Positions 12,824 through 33,163 of a stretch of DNA of 64,000 nucleotides are shown here, in pieces. The first letter of the stretch is position 1. Each line of letters starts with the position of its first letter. The stretch is taken from contig CAVNZM010000010.1 of NCBI GenBank assembly GCA_963693365.1, positions 6,511,794 through 6,575,793 of the forward strand. The letters are read 5' to 3'. This DNA comes from Amoebidium appalachense. Its lineage: Eukaryota; Protista; Ichthyosporea. The notes beneath the pieces are model-generated. The model had not been told where the DNA came from and did no database searches. It saw only the letters and a list, made by a program, of their open reading frames with translations. The position numbers and the translations under genes were made by a program.

Positions 12824-13021
12824 ACACCAATCAGATGGTGACCACCCGGGCTCGGGGAGACCAGTGATTTCCTATCACGTGCTTCATAATAGATATTATT
12901 AATTAATAGGCCGTGATTTATGTATGTGGATATAAGTTCAAGGAATAATCTATAGCAAGAATTCGCATTTCTGTAATGTGGTTGTTGCAAAAGTATGCAA
13001 ATATACATGGTTAGTTTTCAT

Positions 13022-13053
<32 letters not shown>

Positions 13054-13218
13054 GGGGGCGGGGGGGGGGGGGGGGGGGGGGGGGGGAGGGGGGGGGGGGG
13101 GGGGAGGGGAGGGGGGGGGGGAGGGGGAAGGGGGGGGGGTGGTCACTTTGGTTTTAAATGCTGGTGCTCAACTGCGCCTTTAAGGAGGATTATATGCCTA
13201 GACAACTACAATCCAATA

Positions 13219-13791
13219 TTAATATTGCTCGGTGCAATATGCTTGCAACATGTCCGTGTTGGGCACGTCAGACACCTCGTCCACTCCTTATCTTACCCTG
13301 CTGAATTTACATCTCCCTCGCTCCAATGATAAAGTCACATGAGCTAATTAGAGAAATTTGAACCTGTTTTAGAATCGCTGCTTGCTGTCTATAATGTACA
13401 TGGCGCATGCCATGCATGGGCTGCCACAACGTATCTGTGATACGTTTTCAGAACTTTTAAAGAACGAATGTCATGTGACCACATGGCCAAAGGGCTAATA
13501 CTACTAGTTTATCATTTCGAATTCGGGCCTTCTGAATCATCACTCCCCCCCTTCCCCCCCCCCCCCTCCCCCCTCCCCCCCCCTCCCCCCCCGCCCCCCT
13601 CCCCCCGATGGCGGGAGCTGTAGACAGCAGTACCATCCGTACTGTAGGGACACATGCCCTCTTAAACAAAGGACACCGGAAGAGACACAGGCATAAACAC
13701 ACACATAAACACACACACACGCCATCACAAAACACACCGTGAGAAAATCACACAAGCACCATCAAACACACACACCATCAAACAAGCACCA

Positions 13792-13840
<49 letters not shown>

Positions 13841-13928
13841 ATCACACAAACACCATCACAGAAACACACCGTGAGAAAACCACACAAGCACCATCACACA
13901 CACACACCATCAAACAAGCACCATCACA

Positions 13929-14021
<93 letters not shown>

Positions 14022-15933
14022 CAATGCGCGGGCGAATGCACATACACACCGGCCTATCCCCCCCCCCCCCCCCCCCCCCCCGGCCCCCCAAAACACACGC
14101 ACACCCACAGACGCACACACATCGTGACACCTGGCAAACCCAAACCCAAAAGAGATCAAATATACAGTCAAATTTTATATCTTTATATTCTTTATTGATA
14201 CTTTTTTATATTTCATGGACATGAGACATAGGAACATGCCTCACAGCCTCGCGTCATTTCTGGCCCTTCCCAGCCGAGAACGCTTTTGCAACCCTGGCCG
14301 ATATTTCGCGACGTCAACCTAGACTTATCTGCGCAGGTGGTGTTGTCAGTTATTCGCATTCCCCCGCCACCCCCCCACCCCCCCCTTTTCCCCGGAAACA
14401 CACGCGATAATGTTGATGCATATACACACACCATATCCAAATCCCCCAGCACTTCCTACCTAACAACATCTGACCCTACCATGAATATACACATGTAAAC
14501 TCTCATGTGCGCGGTTGTAAGGCAGAGGGTCTAAAACAAGAAATCCCCCCTCCCCCCCCTCCCCCCCCCCCCCCCCACACACACACACACACCCCGTTCC
14601 CCCTCACCCCACCCTTTCCCCCCGCTCCCCTCCCCCCTCCTTGGGTGATGAAAAGGGAAAAAAACAACGAAACCAGAAAAACTATAAATCCAACATTGCC
14701 CGCTTCACTCATCCATTAAATAGCCACCTCAACTGCCAGCAAAAGAAGGAACCGGGTGTGGGGATGCATACATCAAATGGTGGAAGACGGGAGAAGGGGG
14801 AGGAAAAAAAGGGTCGGAAAAAACCCCCCACATTAGAAGTGCCATACAATGCACAACCAAAAAATGACATCACGCATATCGACACGACAAGCGAATTCCC
14901 GCCGGCAAGCAACACTTATCCTTAAGCCAGGGGGCGGGAGTTGGGTGCGCCTGTACGTGTGTGCGCGAGCGAGTGCGTGCTTATGTAACGAGTGCGCGAG
15001 CGTGTCCGTGTGTATGCGCACGCGCATGTGTGCATGTGTGCGTATACGTTTGTGTGTGTTCATGTGTGTTTTTTTGTGGGTTAGGGGTGGGGGGAAGGGG
15101 AAGGGAGGGGGGGGGAAGGGGGGGGGGGGAGGGGGGGGGGGAAGGGGGGAATGATACCAGTAAAAGGCATTGAGGCCGGCCTGGTCTTCATATTCAGCCA
15201 GTAGGCGATAGAGAGCATCAAAGGTAGCCAGGCCCCCAGCCTCATCCAGATTCATCAGCACGGATAGCAGCTCACTCGATCCCCACGTTCTAAACTCATC
15301 AACCCCTGTGTGTGTGTGTGGGTGGGTGGGTGTGTGAGTGTGTGTGTGTGTGTGTTTGGGGGGAGGGGTTGGGCGATGGGGGGGGGGGGGGGGAAGGCAT
15401 ACATAGCAATGTTAGCCTACCCTGATCAATAACGCTGAAAAGATCATGTAATGGAGCCTGGTGTGCATGTAAATCGTGCCCCCCCCCCCCCCCCCCCCCC
15501 CCCAGACACATACACACACACCCCGCCCGCCCGCCCGCAAGGCTGCCCGCCCGCCCGCCCACCCCACCACCACCACCACCACCACCACCACCACCACCAC
15601 CACCACCACCACCACCACCACCACGCACACACACACCAGGCCCACCCCTTAACGCACACCCAAAATCATCACCCAGGCCTCCCTGACAACCCCCTCCCCC
15701 CCCCCCCCCCCCCCCCGCCCCCTCCCCCCTCAAATTCATTCATCTCCATGCATCCAAGCAAGCACACACACTACACATGCATGCATACAAACACAGACAC
15801 GCACACGTAGACACACTCATACACATAGGACATATGGCACATACACAAAGTCGTACTTGCACACACCCACACCCAATACACACACCCACACCCACACCCA
15901 CACACCCACACCCACATCCCCCCTCCCCCCCCC

Positions 15934-15964
<31 letters not shown>

Positions 15965-16406
15965 GTACCCACTGATGACTCTGACAGCCGTGCAGCGCGT
16001 TGTCTCTGGTGCCATTTTTCACCCATCGTAGGCTCCTCCTTTTTCACATCTACACCTTCTTCTGTATCCAACCACCACACAAAATGTGAGCCCAGTGTGT
16101 GCCGTCATACATGACCAGTCAAGGGCATACAGTAAACGGTTTGGCAACATTGAAATATGATCCGAGGAAGATGTGTTGATGTCCACTTAATGGCTTCAAC
16201 TTCCCCCCCCCCCCCCCCCCAAAAAAAAAAAAAAAAAAAAGGAAAGAAAAAGAAGAAAGAACGCTCTTCCCCCCCGGGGAAGAAAATGCCCCCCTCTCTT
16301 CCCCTTCCCCCCCCCCCCCCCCAAAAAAAAAAAAAAAAAAAAAAAAAAACCCTCCCCCCTCTCCCTCCCCAGAAGAAAATCCCCCCCCCCCCCCCCCCCC
16401 CCCCCA

Positions 16407-16451
<45 letters not shown>

Positions 16452-16623
16452 GAAGGAACATGGGTGTCCACATCCCCTTCCATTTTGCGGCTTTGCTTTG
16501 TCAGATCATCCAGGCCAAAGGGGTGCTTTAGCCGAGATTCTTCATGAAGTGCGTGTGTAGATGGAGTGGCGACAGGGATTGAGGTAGGTGATTGGGTGGG
16601 AGGTGAGGGGTGAGATGGCAGTA

Positions 16624-16671
<48 letters not shown>

Positions 16672-16697
16672 GGGGGGGGGGGAGAGCCTCCGCGCGC

Positions 16698-16729
<32 letters not shown>

Positions 16730-16993
16730 AGAGGTCACCATTGATGTGTGCATAGTGGCACGAGCTGCCAAATGGGCACTTTTTGTCGCGTTGGTAGAAT
16801 TTGCATGGCTTGGACCCAAGAACCTGTGTGAGAGGCATTTGTAAGTGACGTGGATGTGTGCAAGTATACATGCAGGGATGTGCGTGTTCAACGAACAGAG
16901 TGTGTGTGTGTGTAAAGTGTGTGTGTGTATGACGGCTGAGGGCGGTGCTTTTTTGCCGTACTGCTTGGGGCATTTATGCGCGCGCGCGCTTGT

Positions 16994-17064
<71 letters not shown>

Positions 17065-17989
17065 TGTGTGTGCGTATGCACGTGGGTGTACGTGTGATCA
17101 TGTGAAGCAGTTGCATGTCCTAATTGGAATCCAAAATAAGTTTATTTATTGCTCCCGTTTACAGATTGCTTCCCCTCCCCTCTCCCCCTCTCCCCCCTCC
17201 CCCCCCTCTCGCCCCCCCCCCCCGGGGGGGCGGGATCTTAGACCGTTCACACCTAAGCACGAACAAAACTCCGTTGCCCAAACAAGAAAAAACCTATCCT
17301 TAGACAACTACCCAAAATGAAGGATCGGGGAGAGAACCGAAGGAATGGGGTAGATTGGTACCTGCAGGTAAGTTTTGACGATTTCTTTCTTTTTTTCACC
17401 GGTGCAGAAGGATGAGGAGGGGATGACGTAGTTGCTTTTGGTCCGGCACACAGGGCAGGCCTTTTTGTTGTCTGCACATACAAACACACACGTGTATCAG
17501 ATATTGATATGAGTGCGGAATACAGAATACTATTCGGAAAATACTTTTGTGAAACAACGAAAAACTTAACAGAAGGAATATGAATATTGTCGACATAACC
17601 AAAAGAATGGGGGGAAGAGGGGGGGGGGGGGGGGGGGAGGGGGGACCATTATAGGCAAAGGTACCCACTCCAATGCATGTGTGAAGAAGAACGTGAAGAT
17701 TGTTCGAGCGAGAAAAAAAAAGGGGGAGGGGGGGAGGGGGGGGAGGGGGGGGGGAATACACAGAGCCAAGGTGACAGCCTAATACTAAGTCCAATGCCTC
17801 CTTTCAGATGCCAAAGGGGTGGAAGAGGCTGGAAACCATTTTTGAATCAAAAAGATGTGGGGAACACACGGAGAAGGCATATGGATGGGAGGTGGAGGGA
17901 GAGTGGCGGTAAGAGAGAAGGGATGGGGGTGGTGCTAGTGGTGGTTGAAAAAGAGGTGGCGGCTGGGTTGGCGTGTGTGTGTGATTGTG

Positions 17990-18024
<35 letters not shown>

Positions 18025-18212
18025 TGTGTGTGTGTGTGTGCGCGCGCGTACGTGTGTATGTGAGAGCATGCAAGCAGGTGCACGCAGATCTCTGTATAGT
18101 GGTGGTTTTTTTGGGGAGGCAAGGGGGGGGGGGAGGGTGTCGTTTACAATTCAGCACACAGCATACTATGGCAGTATACTCGAGCATCCCGCAACAATGG
18201 GTGTGCATGGGT

Positions 18213-18260
<48 letters not shown>

Positions 18261-19147
18261 ATAGTACCATAGCAAGCACCACCCTTCTCCCTCCACCCCC
18301 GTATGCAGTCCAGGCAGAAGCAGTGGTCACAGTTTGGCAGCAGGCCAAAGCGCCTACCAGCGCTCACTATCTCCTCGCTGCACACGGCACACTCTAGCTC
18401 CTCCGTGCCCTGACCCTGCAGTGGTGTTAAAAAGGGTTAAACGTCAGGGTATTGGTTGGAGAAAACGGGGCGGAAACATGCATACACTGGTGAAAGTGCC
18501 TAAAAAAGAAAACCATAAACATCCCCCCTCCCCCCTTCCTCTCTGCCCATCCGTGAGGTCTTTCCTGACAAAACACAGACGCCACAATGGCACAACCCCC
18601 CCCTCCCCCCCCCCCCCCCCTCCCCCCCCGGCCCAAAAAAAATAAAATAAAATAAAATAAAATCCTCGACACCTCGACACTTGCTCCTTTCCCTGACTTT
18701 CCAACCCTTCCAAACTTGCCAGTGTTTTACGTTCGCCACACCGCCACCCAAAAATAGCCAGACGCGCTTTGTGTAAACCACAAGCATGAGGCAAAGCGTG
18801 CCGCCCACAAACCCGTGTGTTGGAACCCCACCCACCTCTGCACTATGCTCGAATCTGCACGCCGACCCATTTTTACACCCCGCCGTTGTGTTGAAATATA
18901 GGCAAATTTTGCGCGCGACGACAGTTACACCCGAGGTTTGGTTTTTGGTTGGCTCTGACGTATGACGGTTGGTGCAGGTGTCCCCGAACTGCCCCCCAGA
19001 CACGACAAAGTAAGAAGCGCACCGACAGCACAAATTGGCCCCAGTGATAACAGACTAAAGGACCCTTCTTCACTAAAAAAAACCTCATGACCATCTACAC
19101 ACGGAAACATTATTACTCCCCCCCTTTCCCCACCACCACCACCACCC

Positions 19148-19178
<31 letters not shown>

Positions 19179-19400
19179 CACGCACACACACTTACACCTC
19201 TTCTCTAAAACAGCTATGCTTGTGATGTACCTGAACATTATACAAATTTATGAACTTTGCTCATACATAGCACCACCTGCCACTTTAGTCGTGGAAAATT
19301 CGGCATGTTAACCTCTCGCTGTCCTTCTCAAAGGCATTTTCTTCCCTCGGAACCCCTCCCCCCCCCCCCCCCCCCCTTCCCCTTCTCCCACAACACACAC

Positions 19401-19444
<44 letters not shown>

Positions 19445-19611
19445 ACACACATACACACACACACACGGCACGCACGTACACACACACACACACACACCCA
19501 CACACATACACACACACACACACACCCACACCCACACACACACACACACACACACGACCGTGTTTCCCCCAAAATATCACTTACTCCGAGGTGGACCGAC
19601 CGTGGCCCCCT

Positions 19612-19642
<31 letters not shown>

Positions 19643-21090
19643 CCCCCCCCCACACACACACAAAAAAAAAAAAAAAAAAACGAAACAAAAAAAGAAACAC
19701 CCAATTATACACCCAGACCAGCTTCCAGCCGTGCCCTGGTACCTAATCTTGTTTGGCTTAAATAGGCACTTTCACACCACAATGAAAATACTCACACTAC
19801 CTTCATGGAAACGAGGGTATCCCGTACAGATTGCAGCAAATCACAGATAACATCACCTCGAAGAACAACAAAACAGTACCTAGCCCTCACCCAAGCCTTT
19901 CCCTCCTTGCTCTTCAAACCCATCTCACCCCTTCCCCCCTCCTCTCTATCTCTCCACCCCAACCCCCTCCCTCTTCCCCCCCCCCCCCCCTCCCCGCACA
20001 AAAGCAGTACTATCACCAACGAAACAACATTATGACACACGTACTACATTCTTAGCCGTCCTCTCAACTCCCCATTGCTCCGGGCCAGCGTCTTCTATTG
20101 AGCCATGCATATAAGCCAAAACTGGGGGTTAGCATAGAAGGAATGCAACACATCGTATAAAGCCAAGCCACAATGCAAGCCAACCTACCTTGCAATGACC
20201 CCGTAGAAAGAACCTACAGAGGGGTGCTGGTGGGGATGTGTTGACGGGAACATCGTGCCGGTACCTGTGTCCAGGCACAAACATGAATGTTTGTTGTGCT
20301 TGGTTTCTTTTCACACACCATCTTCTTTATCACAGTTCATAACCTTTACTGTTGTTCTTTATGTTGAAAAAGTCTTAAAGAAGACACGATGAGAATGACA
20401 ATTTTTATTAGCATTGATCGATCGTATGTGTCCATTCTCTATACCTTTATTACATCCTTGGGCCGTAGGGGCACACATCTGCGATTAACTCCACAAACTA
20501 GCACCCTGAAACTGCTGCTGTCAACACCTGGCCCTACACGACTATTCCGACCCCTCTCCCCCCCCCCCCCCCTCCCCCCCCCCCCCCCTCCTCTCCCCTC
20601 CCCCTCTCCCCTCCCCTCTCCACACTCCCCTTCTCATTAATAATAGGTCTGTAAAGAAATAGTTCTGGGATATGCGTTCCCAAAATATATAGAACAGATT
20701 GGCTACCCGCCCTCCTCCCCTCCCCTCCCCCAACCCATCCTCTTTCCCCTCCCTGAGCACCAAGCTTACCTCCATTCGCCCCCAGCCCCCTCCCCCCCCC
20801 CCCCCCCCCCCCCTCCCCTCCCCCCACCCTTCCCCCCAACCCCCCCTAACACACACACACACACACACATACACTCACAATTGTACACATAAGCTGCGCG
20901 CACCTACATAAACATGACAACACCTACACCAAATCCAACAGCCTAAGCCCTAGCAGTTTGTGCCCTACAACAGCTTCTCTGCCTCTGCCACCCCATTACC
21001 CAAGTGGGGGAGAACGTACCAGCAACCACTGCCAAAAGGACAAGCGGCGCCTTTCTGCACAAACTTACACACCGGTACAGTCGTGGTCAT
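13219..21090 (-). CDS. MKRN: Makorin-like E3 ubiquitin ligase (multiple CCCH zinc fingers, C3HC4 RING, C-terminal CCCH)
   Basis: Exon 1 (21020-21090) plus exon 2 (20189-20264) give [20 protein letters not shown] and [30 protein letters not shown] at ~18845-18905. [39 protein letters not shown] (18280-18415) continues as [14 protein letters not shown] (~17420-17460). [20 protein letters not shown] at ~16750-16805. Exons 3' of ~15160 and the stop position are uncertain. Confidence 0.88.
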
Positions 21091-21538
21091 TTCCTTTTAC
21101 TTCCCTCCTGCTTTTTCTACCAACATGGTCTCACGGGCTCCTTTCTCTGCGTTTCAAGTTGCCTCAGTGGTTCACGGCGGTGCGATCGTAGAACCTGGTT
21201 GTGAGCCACACCTAGACCAAATATAATCTTTTTGATGATTGGAAAATTATAATTTGTTTCGCCTTGCAAGCAGTTATTAGTTTTTTAAATAAGCCTTTCA
21301 TTGTGATATTGTCATGGCCTATTATGAACACTTCTGTGACGTAAGCTTTGGTGTTTGGATATTCCTTTTTTTTGATAAACGCCGAGTCAGAAACGCGCAG
21401 TTGTTCTTCTTGCCAAGCCGAGCTCGAGGGAGTTACACACGAACTGTACATATAAAGTCGTGTGTGTATAGGGGAATCTGCAAAAAAACCGTGGTGATAA
21501 TATTGCTGTAGAGTTGAAGCTGGTTGTGTGCAAAGAAA

Positions 21539-23442
21539 ATGCCTGCTGCTGCGGGAGCTAGAGCCACAGCGGGCAGACCTGCATCAATTCTTCGCCCGAA
21601 CCCAAACTGGACAAAACTGTTCTACAGCCTTTTGATCGGTAGGTTATATGCGCGTTTGTGGATGTGGCTGCAATTAAGAACCAATCTTTACGCGTGCGTC
21701 AACGCATCTTTGCATCAAGAGACTTTCGGACGTTTACATGGGCCAAATGGAGCTTGAGATGTAACGGGCTGATGGGGAGAGGCAAGGGTGGGGGCTAACA
21801 TGAGATCCCCACACACAGATTTCATCGGCCTTCTCAGCTTCCTGGCATTTCCTCTCTCTGAGGCACTGGACGTTCTTTGGGCTCCCATTTCGGCTTACTT
21901 GATCTCAGGTAAGCACCTGGCTGTTCAGCCTTGGCCTTTCTGGTTTAGTGGTTCTCGCATGAGATGGTGTGTTGGTATGGTGGTGCTTACTTGAGATGGT
22001 GCGTTGATGTAGTGGTTCTCACATGAGATGGTGTGCACTTAGGTATTATGTGTTTTTGATGCGAGATTTCTGGAAGAGGACAGGAGTTTTGTTCTGAATA
22101 AAAGTATAATCCTGTTGGAGTTCCCTTTTTGTCCCAACTAACAGGGCATTTGCCCACAGATCTGTATGGCATGACTTCCCTATCCTTGCTGGGATTTGTC
22201 GAAGAGCTACTGCCAGGTACTGCCCTTTTACCTTTCCTTCACAGAGCGAGTTCTCTGGATCTTTCTTGATCTATTAAACTTTGTACTCTTTCTGTTAACC
22301 TCGGCAATAGAGAGTAGAGGGTGTGAGTCCTATTTTTGCTCAAGTCTTCTGTTGCCCAGACTTTGGATTTTTCTTTGTCACCTTATGCACACCTTCACTT
22401 GAATAGTGGACTGGTGGGAACAAGCAGCTGTACATGTGGCTGTAGTTCTGCATTATTAGACGGAACGGGAGTTTTTTTATCGGAATCTAATTGGGGACAA
22501 TTTTTGCAGGCCTGGATTTCATCCCAACGGCGACCATAGGTTGGCTGGCCGAAAACACGACTCTCGTGCCCATCCTCAGGCAAGCAACCCGTCCCCCCCC
22601 CCCCCCCCCCCCCCCCTCCTCCCGTCTCCCCCTGCCTGCCATCCCCTCCTCTTTACTCCGACCCTGTCCTCTTCCCATCAGCTTTCTTGTCTCAGCTCTC
22701 TTCAGGTCCAGCTGTAGTATTTGCACCCAAGTGTGCGGGTGGCCCTGCTGCGTGTCCTTTTCGCCACTCATTGTTGCACACACCTATGTCCTTTTCTTGT
22801 TTTCCTACCCCAGTTGGTCACGTATGTCTCACGCCAGTGCAGCATTTGGCTATGTTGACCCCCCCCCCTCCCCCCCCTTTTTTTCTTCCCTACCTTCTTT
22901 CTCCCCCTCCCCCCGTCCCTTCCCCATACCTTCTTCCTCGCCTCCCCCCCGCCTTCCCGCCCATCCCCCTCCTCCTTCGAACCCTGTCTTCCCTATCTTC
23001 TTCCTCGTCTTAAACCTGGTTCCCCTGCTCCTCTGGCCCCAGGAACCTATCCTCTCCTGAACGTACTTTTAGCCAAGAAGTTGCATGATATACCCCTTTG
23101 CGCGACGTACCAATTTCCTCGGTGCACACACGTTCATCTTTTTATGTGCATACTCTTTTGATTGTTGTACTCCTCTACCCTCCCTCCCTCCTGCTTCATA
23201 AGCTGCTGTTAATGCGTCATTGCGATTTATGTTCGTTGGGTTTGCCGATCTGCCTTTTCCCCCCCCCCCCCCCCCCCCCCCCCTCCCCCCCCCCTTGCCC
23301 CCAAAACCCCTCTTACCCTTGTCCTCCGCCTCCCCGCTCCCGGGCTCCAAATAACCATATTCATGCCTCTTTTGGTGCTCTAACCACTTTGTCATCCCAC
23401 AGCGCCCGGTTTGAAAACAGGCGACAAGCGCAAGGCAGGTGA
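21539..23442 (+). CDS. Small (~118 aa) conserved membrane protein of unknown function, 5 exons
   Basis: Exons 21539-21638, 21819-21908, 22160-22216, 22510-22579, 23403-23442 splice in frame to ...LLIDFIGLLSFLAFPLSEALDVLWAPISAYLISDLYGMTSLSLLGFVEELLPGLDFIPTATIGWL...; AAAATG start context. The last intron needs a GC donor (gcaagc at 22580). Confidence 0.75.
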
Positions 23443-23762
23443 CAACGGGCTGGATTCATACAAAAAGGAAAAACACACGACTTGAACTCAAGGTTGCTAG
23501 CCTTTGCCTTGCTGAACCTGTGGTGATGGGCATTCAAAAGACAGAGGAGCATCAAAGAATGTGTTGAGTGGTTTCATCTTAATACGACATCTGTTGTTTT
23601 GAATGTGTTAAAAATTATCATGTCAGCGGCCTATTGGAGGTGTTGTGTTTTGTTTTGTTTAAATTTGATGCTTCTGCAACGAATAAGGGGACTTACTTGG
23701 GAATATAAACCGACGAATGGCCCAATTGACCTGAACGAAACTTGTACATGTTATCTATAACT

Positions 23763-23918
23763 CTATTGTGCTTCTTCGAAAGTGCACCTATACTGGCTGT
23801 CCATGAAAACGTCATATATATATCCATTGGTGGAGGCTGCATGATTGTTTGGGCAGGTGTCTGTTGTTTTGACGCTGGTGTGGGTATTGCTGCCCCCCCC
23901 CCCCCCCCCCCCCCCCTC

Positions 23919-23953
<35 letters not shown>

Positions 23954-25354
23954 CCCCCCTCCCCCGGCCCCCCCCCCCCCTTCCGCTCAACTACAAAGAA
24001 TCAACCACCTGCACCAGCACCATAAGCAGGGGAAAAGACGCGAATATTTTGTGTAGCTTGTAAGCTTTCAGTCAAGGATGCTAGTTTTTAGATCTCGCTG
24101 TCATACACTATGAATATCCCCCCCCCCCCCCCCCCCCCCCCCCTCCCCACCACCACCACCACCACCACCACCACCACACACACACACACACACCTTCCCC
24201 TTTCTTTGTGTCTGCTCTGCGATATCTGCATAGTGTTGTCCATCGCGAATGTATAGTATACTTCGTTGTTTGCGACGCATTCTACCGCCCCCCGCCCCTC
24301 CCCCCGCCCCCGCCCCCCAAACACACATTTCAACACATGCACGCACACACGCACACACACACACACACACGCACACACGCCACACACACACACACACACA
24401 CGCCACACACACACACACACATACACACACACACACACCGAGCACACACTCCCTGTGACCAACACCCCACCACTCCCTGTTTTCTGTCTCAAAACGGGTA
24501 TTGCCTCTCCTGCTTGCTGTATTCTTGTATGTAGCTCAACGTCCCCAGTAACATGTGTCTTTATGGCGGAATTGTTGAATGACTTGAACAAGAACTGAGA
24601 CGCCGGCCCTCGAGCTGGGCCGCAGCCGCCGCATGCACCTCGAGCTCTGGCCCTACTAGGTGGCTCACTGCGCAAAAGGATATTTGCCACTCTCCGTGAT
24701 CCCCCTACTGAGTTATCGTTTCCTTTCCAACTTGCCATTTTGCAAGGTTGAAGGCGGCAAAACCTCAAACGGTTGTGTACAGGTTGGTTAACTTGGTTTG
24801 GATGGTTTGTTATCAACGAAGTGCAGCTCAGCGTCCTTTTCTTATCTTGCTCTCCGAGGCTTTTCCCGTGGGAGAGAATCCTTAGTGAAATACAAAGTTT
24901 TGGCGCTAATAGTACTACTATCCCGGGACGGGTTGCACTTTTAGTACTGGGCAAAGGTCCCAAATTCCCCGAAATTGGAATTGTTCGGGGCGTTTTGCGA
25001 CATCCTCCTATATTTCACCAATCCGCTGCTGCTAATCAGAGCGGGGCAAATAAAAACGAAAGTACGTATTCCATACCTACTTACTTCGAAGGTCTCGCAC
25101 GGTCGCGCCAGAAAAGTGTGTCGTCTCTTCTTGTCCATAAGTACGAGAGGCCAGGCATGCCAGGAGTCAATGTGTGATAGGAAATATACCTGAAACTCAA
25201 AGCTCTTAAGCGTATACAAAGCATATAGCTGCTGTTTTAAGGGATTTTCTGGGTCGTTTACAGCTGCCGTCGCTTTCAAGCAGCGTGTGAAGTAGTTAGG
25301 GAGTAAACAAGACTCAGAACGAACCACCAAAGTTTTATTGTCGTGCCAGGACAT
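23763..25354 (-). CDS. Hypothetical multi-exon protein (orphan), head-to-head with ATG5
   Basis: Non-repetitive open frames bounded by splice-like sites: MSWHDNK...LKSFEFQ|gtatat (25190-25354), long frame ~24450-25010, short exon-like blocks at ~24195-24281 and 23763-~23875. No recognisable domain; exon phases unresolved. Confidence 0.4.
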
Positions 25355-25476
25355 GCTCTCGGAGCCAAAGTGGAAACCGTACAAGTAGAGGCTTTAGTGA
25401 CAATAATACATTAACATTTCTGTTGTGTAGACAATACGATACCCTTTCTAGCTTCGGGGTCTGTCGTGCTGCCAAA

Positions 25477-32770
<7,294 letters not shown>

Positions 32771-32893
32771 GTATAGACAGGTTCATTGGTGTTTACACGA
32801 TATCCCCTACTTTACCCCCCTGCCTGGTGGTCTACTGTTTGAAATCTTGTTCTACGGTCGAGTCGAGGAGATAGCGAGCTTTGCTCTTGTAAC

Positions 32894-32929
<36 letters not shown>

Positions 32930-33080
32930 CCCCTCCCCCCTTCCCTTTGGAAAATATCGGTTTGGAATAATGCTGTTCGGGACGCGCGTCGCAGTGATCA
33001 TGCACAGACACACACGCACATGCACGCGCAAACACGCGCTCGTGCCAGCATCCATGTGCATGTGCATGTGCATGTGCATA

Positions 33081-33163
<83 letters not shown>

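Noticed and set aside
25190-25270. Deoxyhypusine hydroxylase (AVNDPENPLKQQLYALYTLK resembles its first helix)
   Set aside because: The diagnostic HE motifs (LLKHELAY, VRHEAGEALG) are absent from the downstream frames.
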